Positions 29,901 to 38,727 of a stretch of 61,529 nucleotides of DNA are shown here, in pieces. The position numbers and the translations under genes were made by a program. The notes beneath the pieces were generated by a model that was not told the DNA's origin, did no database searches, and was given only the letters and a program-made list of their open reading frames with translations. The number at the start of each line of letters is the position of its first letter. The stretch's first letter is position 1. Source of the stretch: a virus. Its lineage: Duplodnaviria; Caudoviricetes. The stretch is from the IMG/VR virus record IMGVR_UViG_3300043775_000604, positions 1 through 61,529 of that record. The stretch is one strand, 5' to 3'.

Positions 29901-32900
29901 TCAATCTAACGCTAGTAAGGGCAGAATAAGTAACAGAGCTAAAGCTTTATTAGATGGAGCATCTGTAGCTAGACCTATTAGATACTCAAAGTCAATTGAA
30001 GAACGCATGGACGATTTGGATGAGCAACTTAATGATGGCGAAATTGACTACGACACTTACGAGAAGAAAATGGTTGCTCTGGAAAAAGAGGAAGCTGAAA
30101 TGAAACGTAAAGAATACGAAGAAAAGAAAGCAGAAACGGGTAAGGAGCCAGAAGTTAAGAAAGCAGACAAAAAAGCTACAAAGCAAAAAGAGCCGAAATC
30201 AAAAGAGGAAATAGAGATAAGTGAAGTTGCCGCTAAAGCTAAAGCTAAGCTTGATGCTATTGGTAATGATCCAAGAGGTTACAATCCAAATAATCCAACC
30301 ATATATGATGAGTTAGCTAAAATGGTTAAAGTAAAATCGCGAAACTGGAGAACAAACAAAGGAACTGTTATAGATTTTACAAATAAAGATAAGGGCGGAT
30401 TAGACGGTTTTAGTTTAGAGGAAATGGTGAGTTATGTTAGAACATCGATGATACCATATATTGCTAAATTTGATCCCTCTAAAAATAATAGTTTATACGG
30501 ATATATAAATGCTCAGTATATAAACCGTATGCGCGGCGCATTAAAAAGCGGGGAAGTTGCTGATGTGGTATTTACTGAGGATGTTACTGAAATGACAAAA
30601 CTATCTGCGGAGGATGTTGAGCCAACAAAACCATCTTTACCGGAAAGAAAACGTTTTCAAAATATATTAGAATCTGGTGTATTCAGCCCTGATGTTATTG
30701 AAAATATACAAGCAAAAATATTACCAGTTGTAAGAACTTTAAGAGCTAATATCAACGAGAAAACATCTTTGAATAGAACTGTAGCTCCAATTATTAGTGA
30801 GATACGTGATGAGATGGGTAAGCAAGCTGACATTGATATTAAAAAAGCAATGGGTGGAAAAGAAAATCAAGAATTACAGAATTGGTTAATCACTAATAAA
30901 AAGACTATTCTTGAGAACATGACAACAACATGGCTTATGGGTAAAGACATGGGCGATAAAGTTGCTGGTGGTATGCCGTTTGCCATACAAAAAAGAGTAG
31001 ATGGCCGATGGCTTAATTACCCTGCTTGGGTTGGTAAAAAGATAGATAGAGAATCTGTAGACGTTGACTTAGCTGGTAGAACAGCTGGTCACGAGATGGC
31101 AAGAAGATTACCTGAGGTGAATAGAAATGTTGAAACAATGGAATATTTATCTTCAATTATAGATTTAGAAACGGGTAATCCAATTAGAGGTAGGAAAGAA
31201 TCTTTAGCTAAAGCATTAGCAGAGGAGGTATCATTTGATATTATATCTGATGACTTATCTTCTAACGGCCCTATTGCACAAGCATTAAATAGAAACCAAC
31301 AATTAAAAGGAGCTGTAGTTGAAGACATAATAGTTGAAGAGTTTAATAGATTAGCAGAAAGAGGAAATGTTAAATTTTCTATATCTAATACAAACATCGA
31401 CTTAAATGCAGCTGCTAGATTTATGATAGACTCTAAAGGCAATATGGATGTCATAAATGCAGCAATAAACAATAAGTCTAAAAATTACAATATAAATGAA
31501 TTCCAAAAACTATACAAGTATATAACTAAGTATGGTGTAACAGATGAGGACTTAAAGTATCTAATGGATAAATACAGTGATGTATCTAACGAAGTTGCTG
31601 GTCCTCTTATGAATGACAAAGAAGTTAAATTCTCTAAATCATTGGAGAATAATTTGAATTCATATAATAAATCCGATAAGGGTATTACATTAGTCTCTGA
31701 TTATATTGCTGAAAACAATATTAAGAGAATAGATGCGGAAACCGCTTTCGATGTCTTAAACGATCTTAATAAGTCAATTGAAGATTGGTGGAGTGTCGTT
31801 GAAAATAAAACAATAGAAGGCATGATGAGTTCTGTTGATTATGCGTTTGATGTAATCGAAGATCGTGAGAACGAAGGCGGACCTATGATGGCCGCTGTAA
31901 ACAATGCTCTTAATTTAGAGACAATTAAGTTTGCTGAGAAGCAATTAAACGATTGGATTAGTAACGACACTAAGTGGAAAGCAAGACCTAAATTTAGTAA
32001 GTCATTATCCACTCTTTCACAATTTAATGATATAAGTAAATCTGAAAAAGAATTTATTGATATTTCTGAGAAGTTTGTTAAAGATGTGATGAATAAAAGC
32101 GGGTTGAATAGAAAAGCTATACAGCTTGAGACATTAACTATAAAAGAGGATAATGAGCTATATAATTTTGATCAGGAATATCAAGAGCTATATGATAAAG
32201 ATTATGACGGCACAATAACAGAAGCTGAGAGGGCAAGGATGGAGGAAATATATAAAAGTAATGTATTAGCTAAACAGGTTAATAAGATACTTGAAATATA
32301 TACTAAAGCAAAGATTAACAGCAATAATAATGATATAGTAAATGCTGTTGAAAGTTCAATGCCTAAAAAAGCTTTAACTACTACAAAATTTAGTAGATCA
32401 GGAGGGCCTCTTTCTTCTGTTGAAGAAACCTCTAAAGCTGTAACAGGAGTCATTGACAATATAGACCTGCGTAGCTTTCCTTTTGAAGATCAATCTGCAG
32501 TACAAGCTTTTATCGATGTAGTTAATAACATAAATAAACTAGGTTATAACGTAAGTGATATAAAAACATTTAAAGACTATTTTGACTTTGTAAACCAGAA
32601 CGAGGTAATTAAAGAATATCTAGAAGCTGTAGGCGAAATCGAAGGATTAAATGATATATACAATACTCATGTAGAGAACGTATCAATATATGAAATGGAA
32701 CCGGTTGTATATGGAATAGATACAGATGCTTCAAGAAATAATACCTACATATTAGCCTCTGATGTAATAGACCCTAATTCAGGTGAAATTATTGCTAAAG
32801 CAGGAAGTAAAATAAATGAGGGTATCATTGAAGAAATAAACACTAAAGGTAAAGGATCTATAAAAGAAGTTGAAGTATTTATAGGTAAAATGGCTATGGA

Positions 32901-35448
32901 TAGTAAAATTCCTAACAAGGATTTATTAAAACTAAAAGACAGCATTGCAGATCTTTCTTTAGCGTCAAAAAGAAAAGTAGCTGAAGCAATTTCAGAGAAG
33001 TATCATAAAGCAAAGAGTAAAGGAGATACGGAAGTTGAAAACGCTAGAACATTGACAAAAAAAGAAAGGACAGAGGCTATAGCTAAACTTACGGACTCTC
33101 AGAAAGAGGACTTATTCGTAATAGATGTAGTAGAGAATGTTGTTCCTAAAGATAATGGATCTAGACCTGGTAAATCTTTAGATTATGAATTTAATGACAT
33201 GCTTGAACGTAATAAAGGTGTACCATCATACGAAAAAATATCTGATATTGTTGCGAAAAGGAAAGGGGCAAAAGTAAATAGATTTTCTTTCTATATTCCT
33301 CCTTCAGCTGATGATTTTATTGGACTGACTTCATATATGTTTGCAGGCAAAGGCAAGCAGGGAGAATTAGACCAACAGTTTTTTACGCGTTACTTAATTA
33401 TACCTTATGTAAAAGGAATAAATACACTAGATACAGTAAGACAATCTATAAAGAAATCATACAAAGAACTATTATCAAGTTTTCCTGAAATAAAATCTAA
33501 GTTAGAGAAACTTATTCCTGATAAGTCATTTACATACGATCAAGCTATTAGGGTTTATTTATGGGCAAAGAATGATATAGATATACCGGGTTTAGATAGA
33601 AAAGATAAAAATAAGCTAGTATACATAGTAAAAAATGATCCAGACTTAATTGCATTTGCTGAAGCTTTATCTATTGCTGGTAGGCAAGACGGCGGTTGGT
33701 GGAAACCGTCTACTACATGGGATAGTGAAACTATTATATCGGATCTACACAACATTACAGAAGGCGATGGTAGAAAAATGTGGCTAGAGGAGTTTATAGA
33801 AAACGCTAACACAATATTTTCTAAAGAAAACCTAAACAAAATTCAATCTATATATGGTACCAGTGTAAGAGAGGCTTTGGAAGACGCATTATATAGAATG
33901 AAAAACGGGAAAAATAGACCTGAAGGCACGGATGCGTTAACCAACAGATGGATGAATTGGATAAACGGATCCACTGCTGCGATCATGTTTTTCAATTTAC
34001 GTTCCGCTATTTTACAAACGATATCTACTACAAACTATTTGAATTGGAGTGATAACAATCCTTTAATGGCAGCAAAAGCGTTTGCAAATCAAAAACAATA
34101 TTGGGCGGATTTCGCTATGATTATTAATTCTGATAAATTAAAAGAAAGAAGATCTGGATTGAAAGCTGATGTTACGCAATCTGAAATTGCAAATGCGGCT
34201 AATAATGCAAAAGATAAAGCAAGAGGTGTTCTATCTTATCTACAGAAAATAGGGTTTACGCCTACACAAGCAGCTGATAGTTTTGCGATTGCATTAGGAG
34301 GATCTACTTTCTATAGAAATAGAGTTAATACCTATTTGAATAAAGCAGACGAAGACGGGAACTTGATATATACAGAAAAAGAAGCAGAAGATTTAGCTTG
34401 GCTTGATTTTTCAAGAGCAACTGACCAGTCAATGCAATCTGCTGATCCATTGTATGTTTCAAAACAACAAACAACTTCATTAGGGCGCCTTGTACTAGCT
34501 TTTGCTAATACTCCTATGCAATATAATAGATTAATTAAAAAAGCTTCATTAGACTTAGTTAATAGGCGTGGCGATTGGAAAACAAATATATCAAAAATAG
34601 TATATTATGGAGCCTTACAAAATATTATATTTTCAGCATTACAAGCAGCTTTATTCTTACCATTTGATGACGAGGAAGAAGATATTGCCAATATGACTAA
34701 AGAGCAGAAAAAAGAATATGAAAAGTTAAAAAAGAAAGAAGACGATAAAGCTATTAATATTTTAAATGGGATGGCTGATACATTGTTAAGAGGATCTGGT
34801 ATTACAGGTGCATTAATATCTACTATTAAAAATGTTTACATGGAATATAATAAGCAAGAACAAAGGGAGATGTTTGCGGACCATGCTTATACTATATTAG
34901 CTGCTGCGGGTATATCTCCACCTATAAGTTCCAAGGCTAGAAAATTATACGGAGCGCATCGTACAAAAAAATTCGATAAAGATGTAATAGCTGAACGCGG
35001 ATGGGAAATAACAAAAGACGGTAAGCTTAATCTTAGTCCTAATTATCAAATAGTCGGTAATATAGCTGTAGCAACTACAAATATTCCTCTAGATAGGGTT
35101 GTTGAAAAAGTAAATAATGTATCTGAAGCATTAGATTCTCGTAATACAAAACTACAAAGAACAGCATTAATGCTTGGATGGAAAGCGTGGGAATTGAATG
35201 TTAAAAACGAAGAAAGCGAAGCAATCAAAGCAAAAGCTAAAGAAGTAAGAAATAAAGAAGGGGTAGAAAAAGCTATAGAAACTAGAGAAAGAAAGACAGA
35301 TTCAATAAAGCAAATGATAAAAGAAATGCCTAGTGCTGAAAGAAGTGCTTACCTTAGAAAGCAAAAGCTAGAAAGAAGAGAGAAGACTATTGAAAAAAGA
35401 AAGAAAGCTATAGCTAAAAAGAATAAAAGAAGAATGGGCGGTGATTAA
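26911..35448 (+). CDS. Giant (2845 aa) internal virion polyvalent protein with zincin protease, sigma-region-2-like and RpoB/RpoC-insert-like modules
   Basis: Last gene of the ejection cluster; HEFLH at aa 880 plus downstream EE; repeated [KR][FY]S[KRI]S; see findings. Confidence 0.75.
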   Translation: MFEYIDASGQIYTEDQINKMAAEQKTSANAIIKDKGLKRKSSMVSASAKPAKKTYPWSDQTKEKKSEGDFLGTFKKAQKNKKANIKKSTEEVSAFVGKQNDYSFYQKDPIQDILNPTSEFEKAIANIPIKKEFEILEEKEAEVMNYIKSKPIDYASIDKLYADEVNDSQTIDYIREGAKGFLNDVILSPVSMVGQVLGADIDMTISPYKPLETQKKKAIDILSKKAKKGQKINAADVDALAKEIFYKEQVLIQEGKAAEEYWDDQPLYIGEVAAQKEKLKIRAVQDVLVSSDLARQQTILAKTYNSQLSSFEKYANLFKDKYTKGEVTEEEIATYETRREDARKAMDNLKGIADNYPAYVDKIKTDEEKLEYFKYNYDDVTANLSKFIGTGINILGGATKLIGSTIEYAEGDEKGLGGFLGEVGTANIEMGNKIKEDAKNISFDNVNSFGDFGKYFAGLVSEQLPIYAAMYFGGNYGLAAVSMGAGGQKIQEMEDEIGSDYDLGTKLLAGYGFALSEFIPEKLGTLRMFENMKKTMSAVSKQQRQLFKDSFIKSSLKTAGTIGFESQIEGATEVVTEGLNMLLDEHLLGQPVSPTDRVKRFKEAYAGGAFMGGGAQFAGGVSTLVAKELKNYATDKELAASKAIMERIDFLQNELQTNPRLSGKESEEIITEIKKLSNEAVKVIENSEDRVYDMSKEDMVDVLLINKQQQDLRDAYVELSQSNFSPEIKKEKVAELKKQFGELENKREYLLTGKYAEINKIIGNRTIINSGADNIRKIVASLGEENIENRIGGQGSIAVFEDIDSLKKAYKEWLTTENNTIKKKIADGELPANTKIKSEDEITNDVNEAAKNDGFALPNGQSVINLSVASRTGAINVAQHEFLHKVLAKALSNPVERKKIVNGFLATLTNKERAAVQKRIDENYLNPETGKIDDENLEEYFTAFIDAIAYGEIGNRNQVKDVLRRAARPVLKVLQKLGFSNAKFSEGRDFYDFLKEYQSNASKGRISNRAKALLDGASVARPIRYSKSIEERMDDLDEQLNDGEIDYDTYEKKMVALEKEEAEMKRKEYEEKKAETGKEPEVKKADKKATKQKEPKSKEEIEISEVAAKAKAKLDAIGNDPRGYNPNNPTIYDELAKMVKVKSRNWRTNKGTVIDFTNKDKGGLDGFSLEEMVSYVRTSMIPYIAKFDPSKNNSLYGYINAQYINRMRGALKSGEVADVVFTEDVTEMTKLSAEDVEPTKPSLPERKRFQNILESGVFSPDVIENIQAKILPVVRTLRANINEKTSLNRTVAPIISEIRDEMGKQADIDIKKAMGGKENQELQNWLITNKKTILENMTTTWLMGKDMGDKVAGGMPFAIQKRVDGRWLNYPAWVGKKIDRESVDVDLAGRTAGHEMARRLPEVNRNVETMEYLSSIIDLETGNPIRGRKESLAKALAEEVSFDIISDDLSSNGPIAQALNRNQQLKGAVVEDIIVEEFNRLAERGNVKFSISNTNIDLNAAARFMIDSKGNMDVINAAINNKSKNYNINEFQKLYKYITKYGVTDEDLKYLMDKYSDVSNEVAGPLMNDKEVKFSKSLENNLNSYNKSDKGITLVSDYIAENNIKRIDAETAFDVLNDLNKSIEDWWSVVENKTIEGMMSSVDYAFDVIEDRENEGGPMMAAVNNALNLETIKFAEKQLNDWISNDTKWKARPKFSKSLSTLSQFNDISKSEKEFIDISEKFVKDVMNKSGLNRKAIQLETLTIKEDNELYNFDQEYQELYDKDYDGTITEAERARMEEIYKSNVLAKQVNKILEIYTKAKINSNNNDIVNAVESSMPKKALTTTKFSRSGGPLSSVEETSKAVTGVIDNIDLRSFPFEDQSAVQAFIDVVNNINKLGYNVSDIKTFKDYFDFVNQNEVIKEYLEAVGEIEGLNDIYNTHVENVSIYEMEPVVYGIDTDASRNNTYILASDVIDPNSGEIIAKAGSKINEGIIEEINTKGKGSIKEVEVFIGKMAMDSKIPNKDLLKLKDSIADLSLASKRKVAEAISEKYHKAKSKGDTEVENARTLTKKERTEAIAKLTDSQKEDLFVIDVVENVVPKDNGSRPGKSLDYEFNDMLERNKGVPSYEKISDIVAKRKGAKVNRFSFYIPPSADDFIGLTSYMFAGKGKQGELDQQFFTRYLIIPYVKGINTLDTVRQSIKKSYKELLSSFPEIKSKLEKLIPDKSFTYDQAIRVYLWAKNDIDIPGLDRKDKNKLVYIVKNDPDLIAFAEALSIAGRQDGGWWKPSTTWDSETIISDLHNITEGDGRKMWLEEFIENANTIFSKENLNKIQSIYGTSVREALEDALYRMKNGKNRPEGTDALTNRWMNWINGSTAAIMFFNLRSAILQTISTTNYLNWSDNNPLMAAKAFANQKQYWADFAMIINSDKLKERRSGLKADVTQSEIANAANNAKDKARGVLSYLQKIGFTPTQAADSFAIALGGSTFYRNRVNTYLNKADEDGNLIYTEKEAEDLAWLDFSRATDQSMQSADPLYVSKQQTTSLGRLVLAFANTPMQYNRLIKKASLDLVNRRGDWKTNISKIVYYGALQNIIFSALQAALFLPFDDEEEDIANMTKEQKKEYEKLKKKEDDKAINILNGMADTLLRGSGITGALISTIKNVYMEYNKQEQREMFADHAYTILAAAGISPPISSKARKLYGAHRTKKFDKDVIAERGWEITKDGKLNLSPNYQIVGNIAVATTNIPLDRVVEKVNNVSEALDSRNTKLQRTALMLGWKAWELNVKNEESEAIKAKAKEVRNKEGVEKAIETRERKTDSIKQMIKEMPSAERSAYLRKQKLERREKTIEKRKKAIAKKNKRRMGGD

Positions 35449-35495
35449 AAGGAATGAATATAAATAGGCACCATACCTAAATATTCCTATAACCG

Positions 35496-35532
35496 AAAAA
35501 AGGGGACTCGTGATAATTCGCGGTCCCCTTTT
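35496..35532. terminator. Bidirectional terminator where the two arms converge
   Basis: AAAAAAGGGGAC...GTCCCCTTTT with A and T tracts on both sides. Confidence 0.85.
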
Positions 35533-35549
35533 CCAATTAATAAAGTAAA

Positions 35550-35765
35550 CTAAATTTCAAGCTTTGGAACTTCTTCTTGTTCCTGCTCTTTTGTTCTTTC
35601 GGTAATTTCCTTGATTGCATCGTCATAACCAGGCATCAACTTAATTGTTTCCATCATGCCGATAGAAAGTGTCCGCAAATTATCCTGTTCGTAAATCAAT
35701 TGTTGAAGCACTCTAGTAATTGCTTCAACCTTATTTTTCATTTCAACCAGTGTTTGTTCTTTCAT
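35550..35765 (-). CDS. Hypothetical protein
   Basis: 71 aa, last gene of the minus arm. Confidence 0.65.
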   Translation of the reverse strand: MKEQTLVEMKNKVEAITRVLQQLIYEQDNLRTLSIGMMETIKLMPGYDDAIKEITERTKEQEQEEVPKLEI

Positions 35766-35813
35766 ATTTTATTTAAGTATAAAGTGTAAATCCAACATTT
35801 TGTTCCAAGGTAA

Positions 35814-37682
35814 CTATACAATCTCACAGTTACCTCCTCCACAAGCTGCTGAATCAACAAAGTTAGTATTGTCTTGAACTTCAATTACTTTTGATAGATC
35901 AACATTCTTTAATGTAGACATCATCTCCTCGTAAACTTCTTTGGTACAATCTTCAAATGGAGTTTGTTTGTATGTTCCGCCATTATATGGTAAAACAGAT
36001 AATCCATTATAGTACTCTTTATTTGCCCACATCCATTCACCAATGATTTTCCATTCATCATCTCTGACAGAAACAGTGCAAGATACGTTATGAGTATTGT
36101 TGCCTTTATCGTGACCTGTCTTAACCCAATCCTTAGATATAAGTTTTACTCTTTCTAATAGATCTAATGTAGACTCATGTCGTGTTATAGCTCCGTCTGG
36201 AGCCTTCTGAGGAACAGAAATGACTGACTGTAATGTTGGATTAAAATATTCATCTTCTAACAGTTCTGGATGATTTATTGCAAGATATGAATATATTGCT
36301 TCATTCTTACCTAGTCTCATTCTTCGAATATAATAATCATTATGCCAAGCATGTATACCAGAAGAAGTACCAAGCACAAGACTAGTAGTACCTGCTGGCT
36401 TAACTGCTGTAGTTCTAGCAGCTTTATTAATATTAAGAGCAGCAGAAATAATACTATTTGTTTCTTTAACAACTTTAGACGCCTCTTCATAATTTAATTC
36501 TAAGTTAGATTTTGATGCAATACCGGTCATTGACACTCCAAGCAATGCATCTTTTTCTGTATTCTTTCTCCATATATCACGTAAGTAATGGAAGTCTGAA
36601 TACGATGCCTGTAATGTTCCTAAGAACGATGCAGCTGATGCTCTAGCGTTGAAATCTTCTTGATTCTCAATATCAGCCATATTAATTTCCGTTAAATTAC
36701 AGAATTGATAGGGTCTTAACGCAATTTCGCAACAAGGATTAGTTCCCCAATCTTTATCATTAGTAAGATAAATACCAGGTTCACCAGATCCAGACGCTTC
36801 AATACGTTCCCATACTTTGTCGAAGGTTTTCTTGTCAATCTTATGGCGTAATAAAACTACAGAGTTATTAGCTCTACCTCTTTGTGGATTCTCTTCCCAC
36901 CAATTTCCAGCTTTACAATTCAACATTGCGGTACTATCAAGATCAAATAATGAAATCATCGCAGCTCTACGAATTCCCCCAGCTAAAACAGCATCGGCAA
37001 TATGACACTGAATATCGTGACACTCAATATCTGTTAATTTAGATCTATCTTCTTTCTCTCTTAAGATAGCTTCAACCTTCACTAAAGCTAATCTCAATGG
37101 CTCTGGACCTGGTGCTTTTCCGCCTGCTGTAACAAGCAATGCTCCTTTGTGGCGAATATCTGAAAGATCAAATTCAATATGTGAGGTAAGCTCACCTGTA
37201 TAAGATTTAAACAATGTTTTAATTGCATCTGCCCATCCAATTATACTGTCTTGAACAACGTATCTTTTCTTACGATCATAATTAGGTTTTCTTATTTCCG
37301 GTAATTTATCAATGTTGTGATTTTGTACCGAATATCCAACGCCAGTTCCTCCAAGTAATAAAAACATAGTCTCGGAGAAGCTACGAATATTATCAATAGG
37401 TAGAAAAGCGCAGTTATAAATACGAGCATTATTAAGCTCAATAGCTTTACCACCAAACTGTAAGCTTCGCATCGATGGTAAAACTTTTTTAGTGAACACA
37501 AAATCTTTGTATATCTGCTCAATTTGTTCTTTCATTTGCGGAAATTTGGCTTTGTGCATATCCATATTCCTGGTTACTAATTCTTCCCACGTTTCTCTTC
37601 GTTCTTTTGATGGAATATACTTTGCATACTTGGTGTATACGGTTATATCTGACAAGATCTGCTTATCTAAACTAAGACTCAT
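35814..37682 (-). CDS. nrdJ: Class II (adenosylcobalamin-dependent) ribonucleotide reductase
   Basis: LPSMRSLQFGG, NCAF, GGIRRAAMI, TNPCCEI, VKPAGT, C-terminal CGGGNC; no nrdB/nrdG in the genome. Confidence 0.85.
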   Translation of the reverse strand: MSLSLDKQILSDITVYTKYAKYIPSKERRETWEELVTRNMDMHKAKFPQMKEQIEQIYKDFVFTKKVLPSMRSLQFGGKAIELNNARIYNCAFLPIDNIRSFSETMFLLLGGTGVGYSVQNHNIDKLPEIRKPNYDRKKRYVVQDSIIGWADAIKTLFKSYTGELTSHIEFDLSDIRHKGALLVTAGGKAPGPEPLRLALVKVEAILREKEDRSKLTDIECHDIQCHIADAVLAGGIRRAAMISLFDLDSTAMLNCKAGNWWEENPQRGRANNSVVLLRHKIDKKTFDKVWERIEASGSGEPGIYLTNDKDWGTNPCCEIALRPYQFCNLTEINMADIENQEDFNARASAASFLGTLQASYSDFHYLRDIWRKNTEKDALLGVSMTGIASKSNLELNYEEASKVVKETNSIISAALNINKAARTTAVKPAGTTSLVLGTSSGIHAWHNDYYIRRMRLGKNEAIYSYLAINHPELLEDEYFNPTLQSVISVPQKAPDGAITRHESTLDLLERVKLISKDWVKTGHDKGNNTHNVSCTVSVRDDEWKIIGEWMWANKEYYNGLSVLPYNGGTYKQTPFEDCTKEVYEEMMSTLKNVDLSKVIEVQDNTNFVDSAACGGGNCEIV

Positions 37683-37699
37683 ATTTATTTATTTGGTTT

Positions 37700-37849
37700 T
37701 TAATTATCAATTTCTAATGCAATATCTATAAACGGTAAGTAAAACACATAAGTTGTATAATACTCTTCTACGTAGGCTCTGAAACCGAATAGTATTCCAG
37801 AATATATCCCAAGAGATATTGACCAGTTCTTTTCACTAAATTTATTCAT
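37700..37849 (-). CDS. Small hypothetical protein (49 aa, absent from ORF track)
   Basis: MNKFSEKNWSISLGIYSGILFGFRAYVEEYYTTYVFYLPFIDIALEIDN exactly fills the gap between two genes. Confidence 0.6.
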   Translation of the reverse strand: MNKFSEKNWSISLGIYSGILFGFRAYVEEYYTTYVFYLPFIDIALEIDN

Positions 37850-38296
37850 CTATTTTTTGTTTTGGTTAGCTAATATTAATTCTATTGTTTTAAGGCACTC
37901 CGGTTGATTTTGTGGTTTGTATAAAGTTCTTCTGTCATCATTGTCCATCATCCACTTTTTAAACATCTTCCAACGCAAGGGAAACGAGTCATTAGCTCTT
38001 CCCTTAGTTTCGATTATGAATGTTTCGCTAATAAAGTCAGGAGTGTATTTAAGATTTAATACCTTTTTTAATCCTCTATCAATAAAATCTCCTTTTCCGT
38101 TTGATTGTCTTTCTATTGATGAGTTTTCAAATGTAAAAGAGGGTAACAATTCAAACGTTACCCCCTCATATTTAAAATCTATATTAGCATCTTTCAAAGC
38201 TTTATACATATACTTCTCAAGACCTGACTTAAACGTAATACCATCATATATTATTTTCTTTGACACTACTGGCCCTTTCTTTCTACTCTTTGCCAT
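37850..38296 (-). CDS. T7 endonuclease I-like Holliday junction resolvase (PD-(D/E)xK)
   Basis: FKSGLE...YEG...YTPDF...IIETKG. Confidence 0.75.
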   Translation of the reverse strand: MAKSRKKGPVVSKKIIYDGITFKSGLEKYMYKALKDANIDFKYEGVTFELLPSFTFENSSIERQSNGKGDFIDRGLKKVLNLKYTPDFISETFIIETKGRANDSFPLRWKMFKKWMMDNDDRRTLYKPQNQPECLKTIELILANQNKK

Positions 38297-38726
38297 TCAT
38301 ACAACAGTTAGTACAACAATGACTCCATTCAATATCGTCATCTATAGTAAAAGAATATGTATCACCTCTGCGCACTTTATAAGCTTCTTTTTTCTTTTTT
38401 TTCTTTTTCTTTTTTGGTTCAGCAAGAATTTCAAATCCTTTAAACGGAGAGACAAATTCTGGATCTTCAACTTCAATAAAATTTGCCTTAGAACGTTCAA
38501 TCCATAAATCTTCTAATACATCTTCAATCTCAATCTTTAATCTTTGGATATATAATGTAGCATCCATCAATTCTTCTTGAACATGATTAAGCCAAACTTT
38601 AATATCAGACTTGTCATCAATCATTGTTTTGCCATATTTAGCAAAGCCTACATCAGATCTTGATACAAACTTATTTACTACTTGTTGTACAACTGGGTCT
38701 CTAAATTCAATTTCTTGTTTCTTCAT
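38283..38726 (-). CDS. All-alpha nucleotide pyrophosphatase-like protein (MazG-related)
   Basis: GFAKYG...WLNHVQEELMDATLY (EExxD); poly-Lys tail. Confidence 0.45.
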   Translation of the reverse strand: MKKQEIEFRDPVVQQVVNKFVSRSDVGFAKYGKTMIDDKSDIKVWLNHVQEELMDATLYIQRLKIEIEDVLEDLWIERSKANFIEVEDPEFVSPFKGFEILAEPKKKKKKKKKEAYKVRRGDTYSFTIDDDIEWSHCCTNCCMNGKE

Positions 38727-38727
38727 A

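Noticed and set aside
1675-35228. Many antisense ORFs on the minus strand of the late arm and plus strand of the early arm
   Set aside because: Shadow ORFs opposite well-supported genes, with no leaders or motifs
26911-35448. crAss-type virion RNA polymerase
   Set aside because: No DFDID/DFDGD-type catalytic motif in a beta-barrel context; the only DxDxD I found (DKDYD) sits in an EF-hand-like helical context. A profile search is still needed to exclude it fully
38388-38415. Poly-T tract as terminator or slippage site
   Set aside because: Encodes an in-frame poly-Lys run on the minus strand with mixed AAA/AAG codons; no stem
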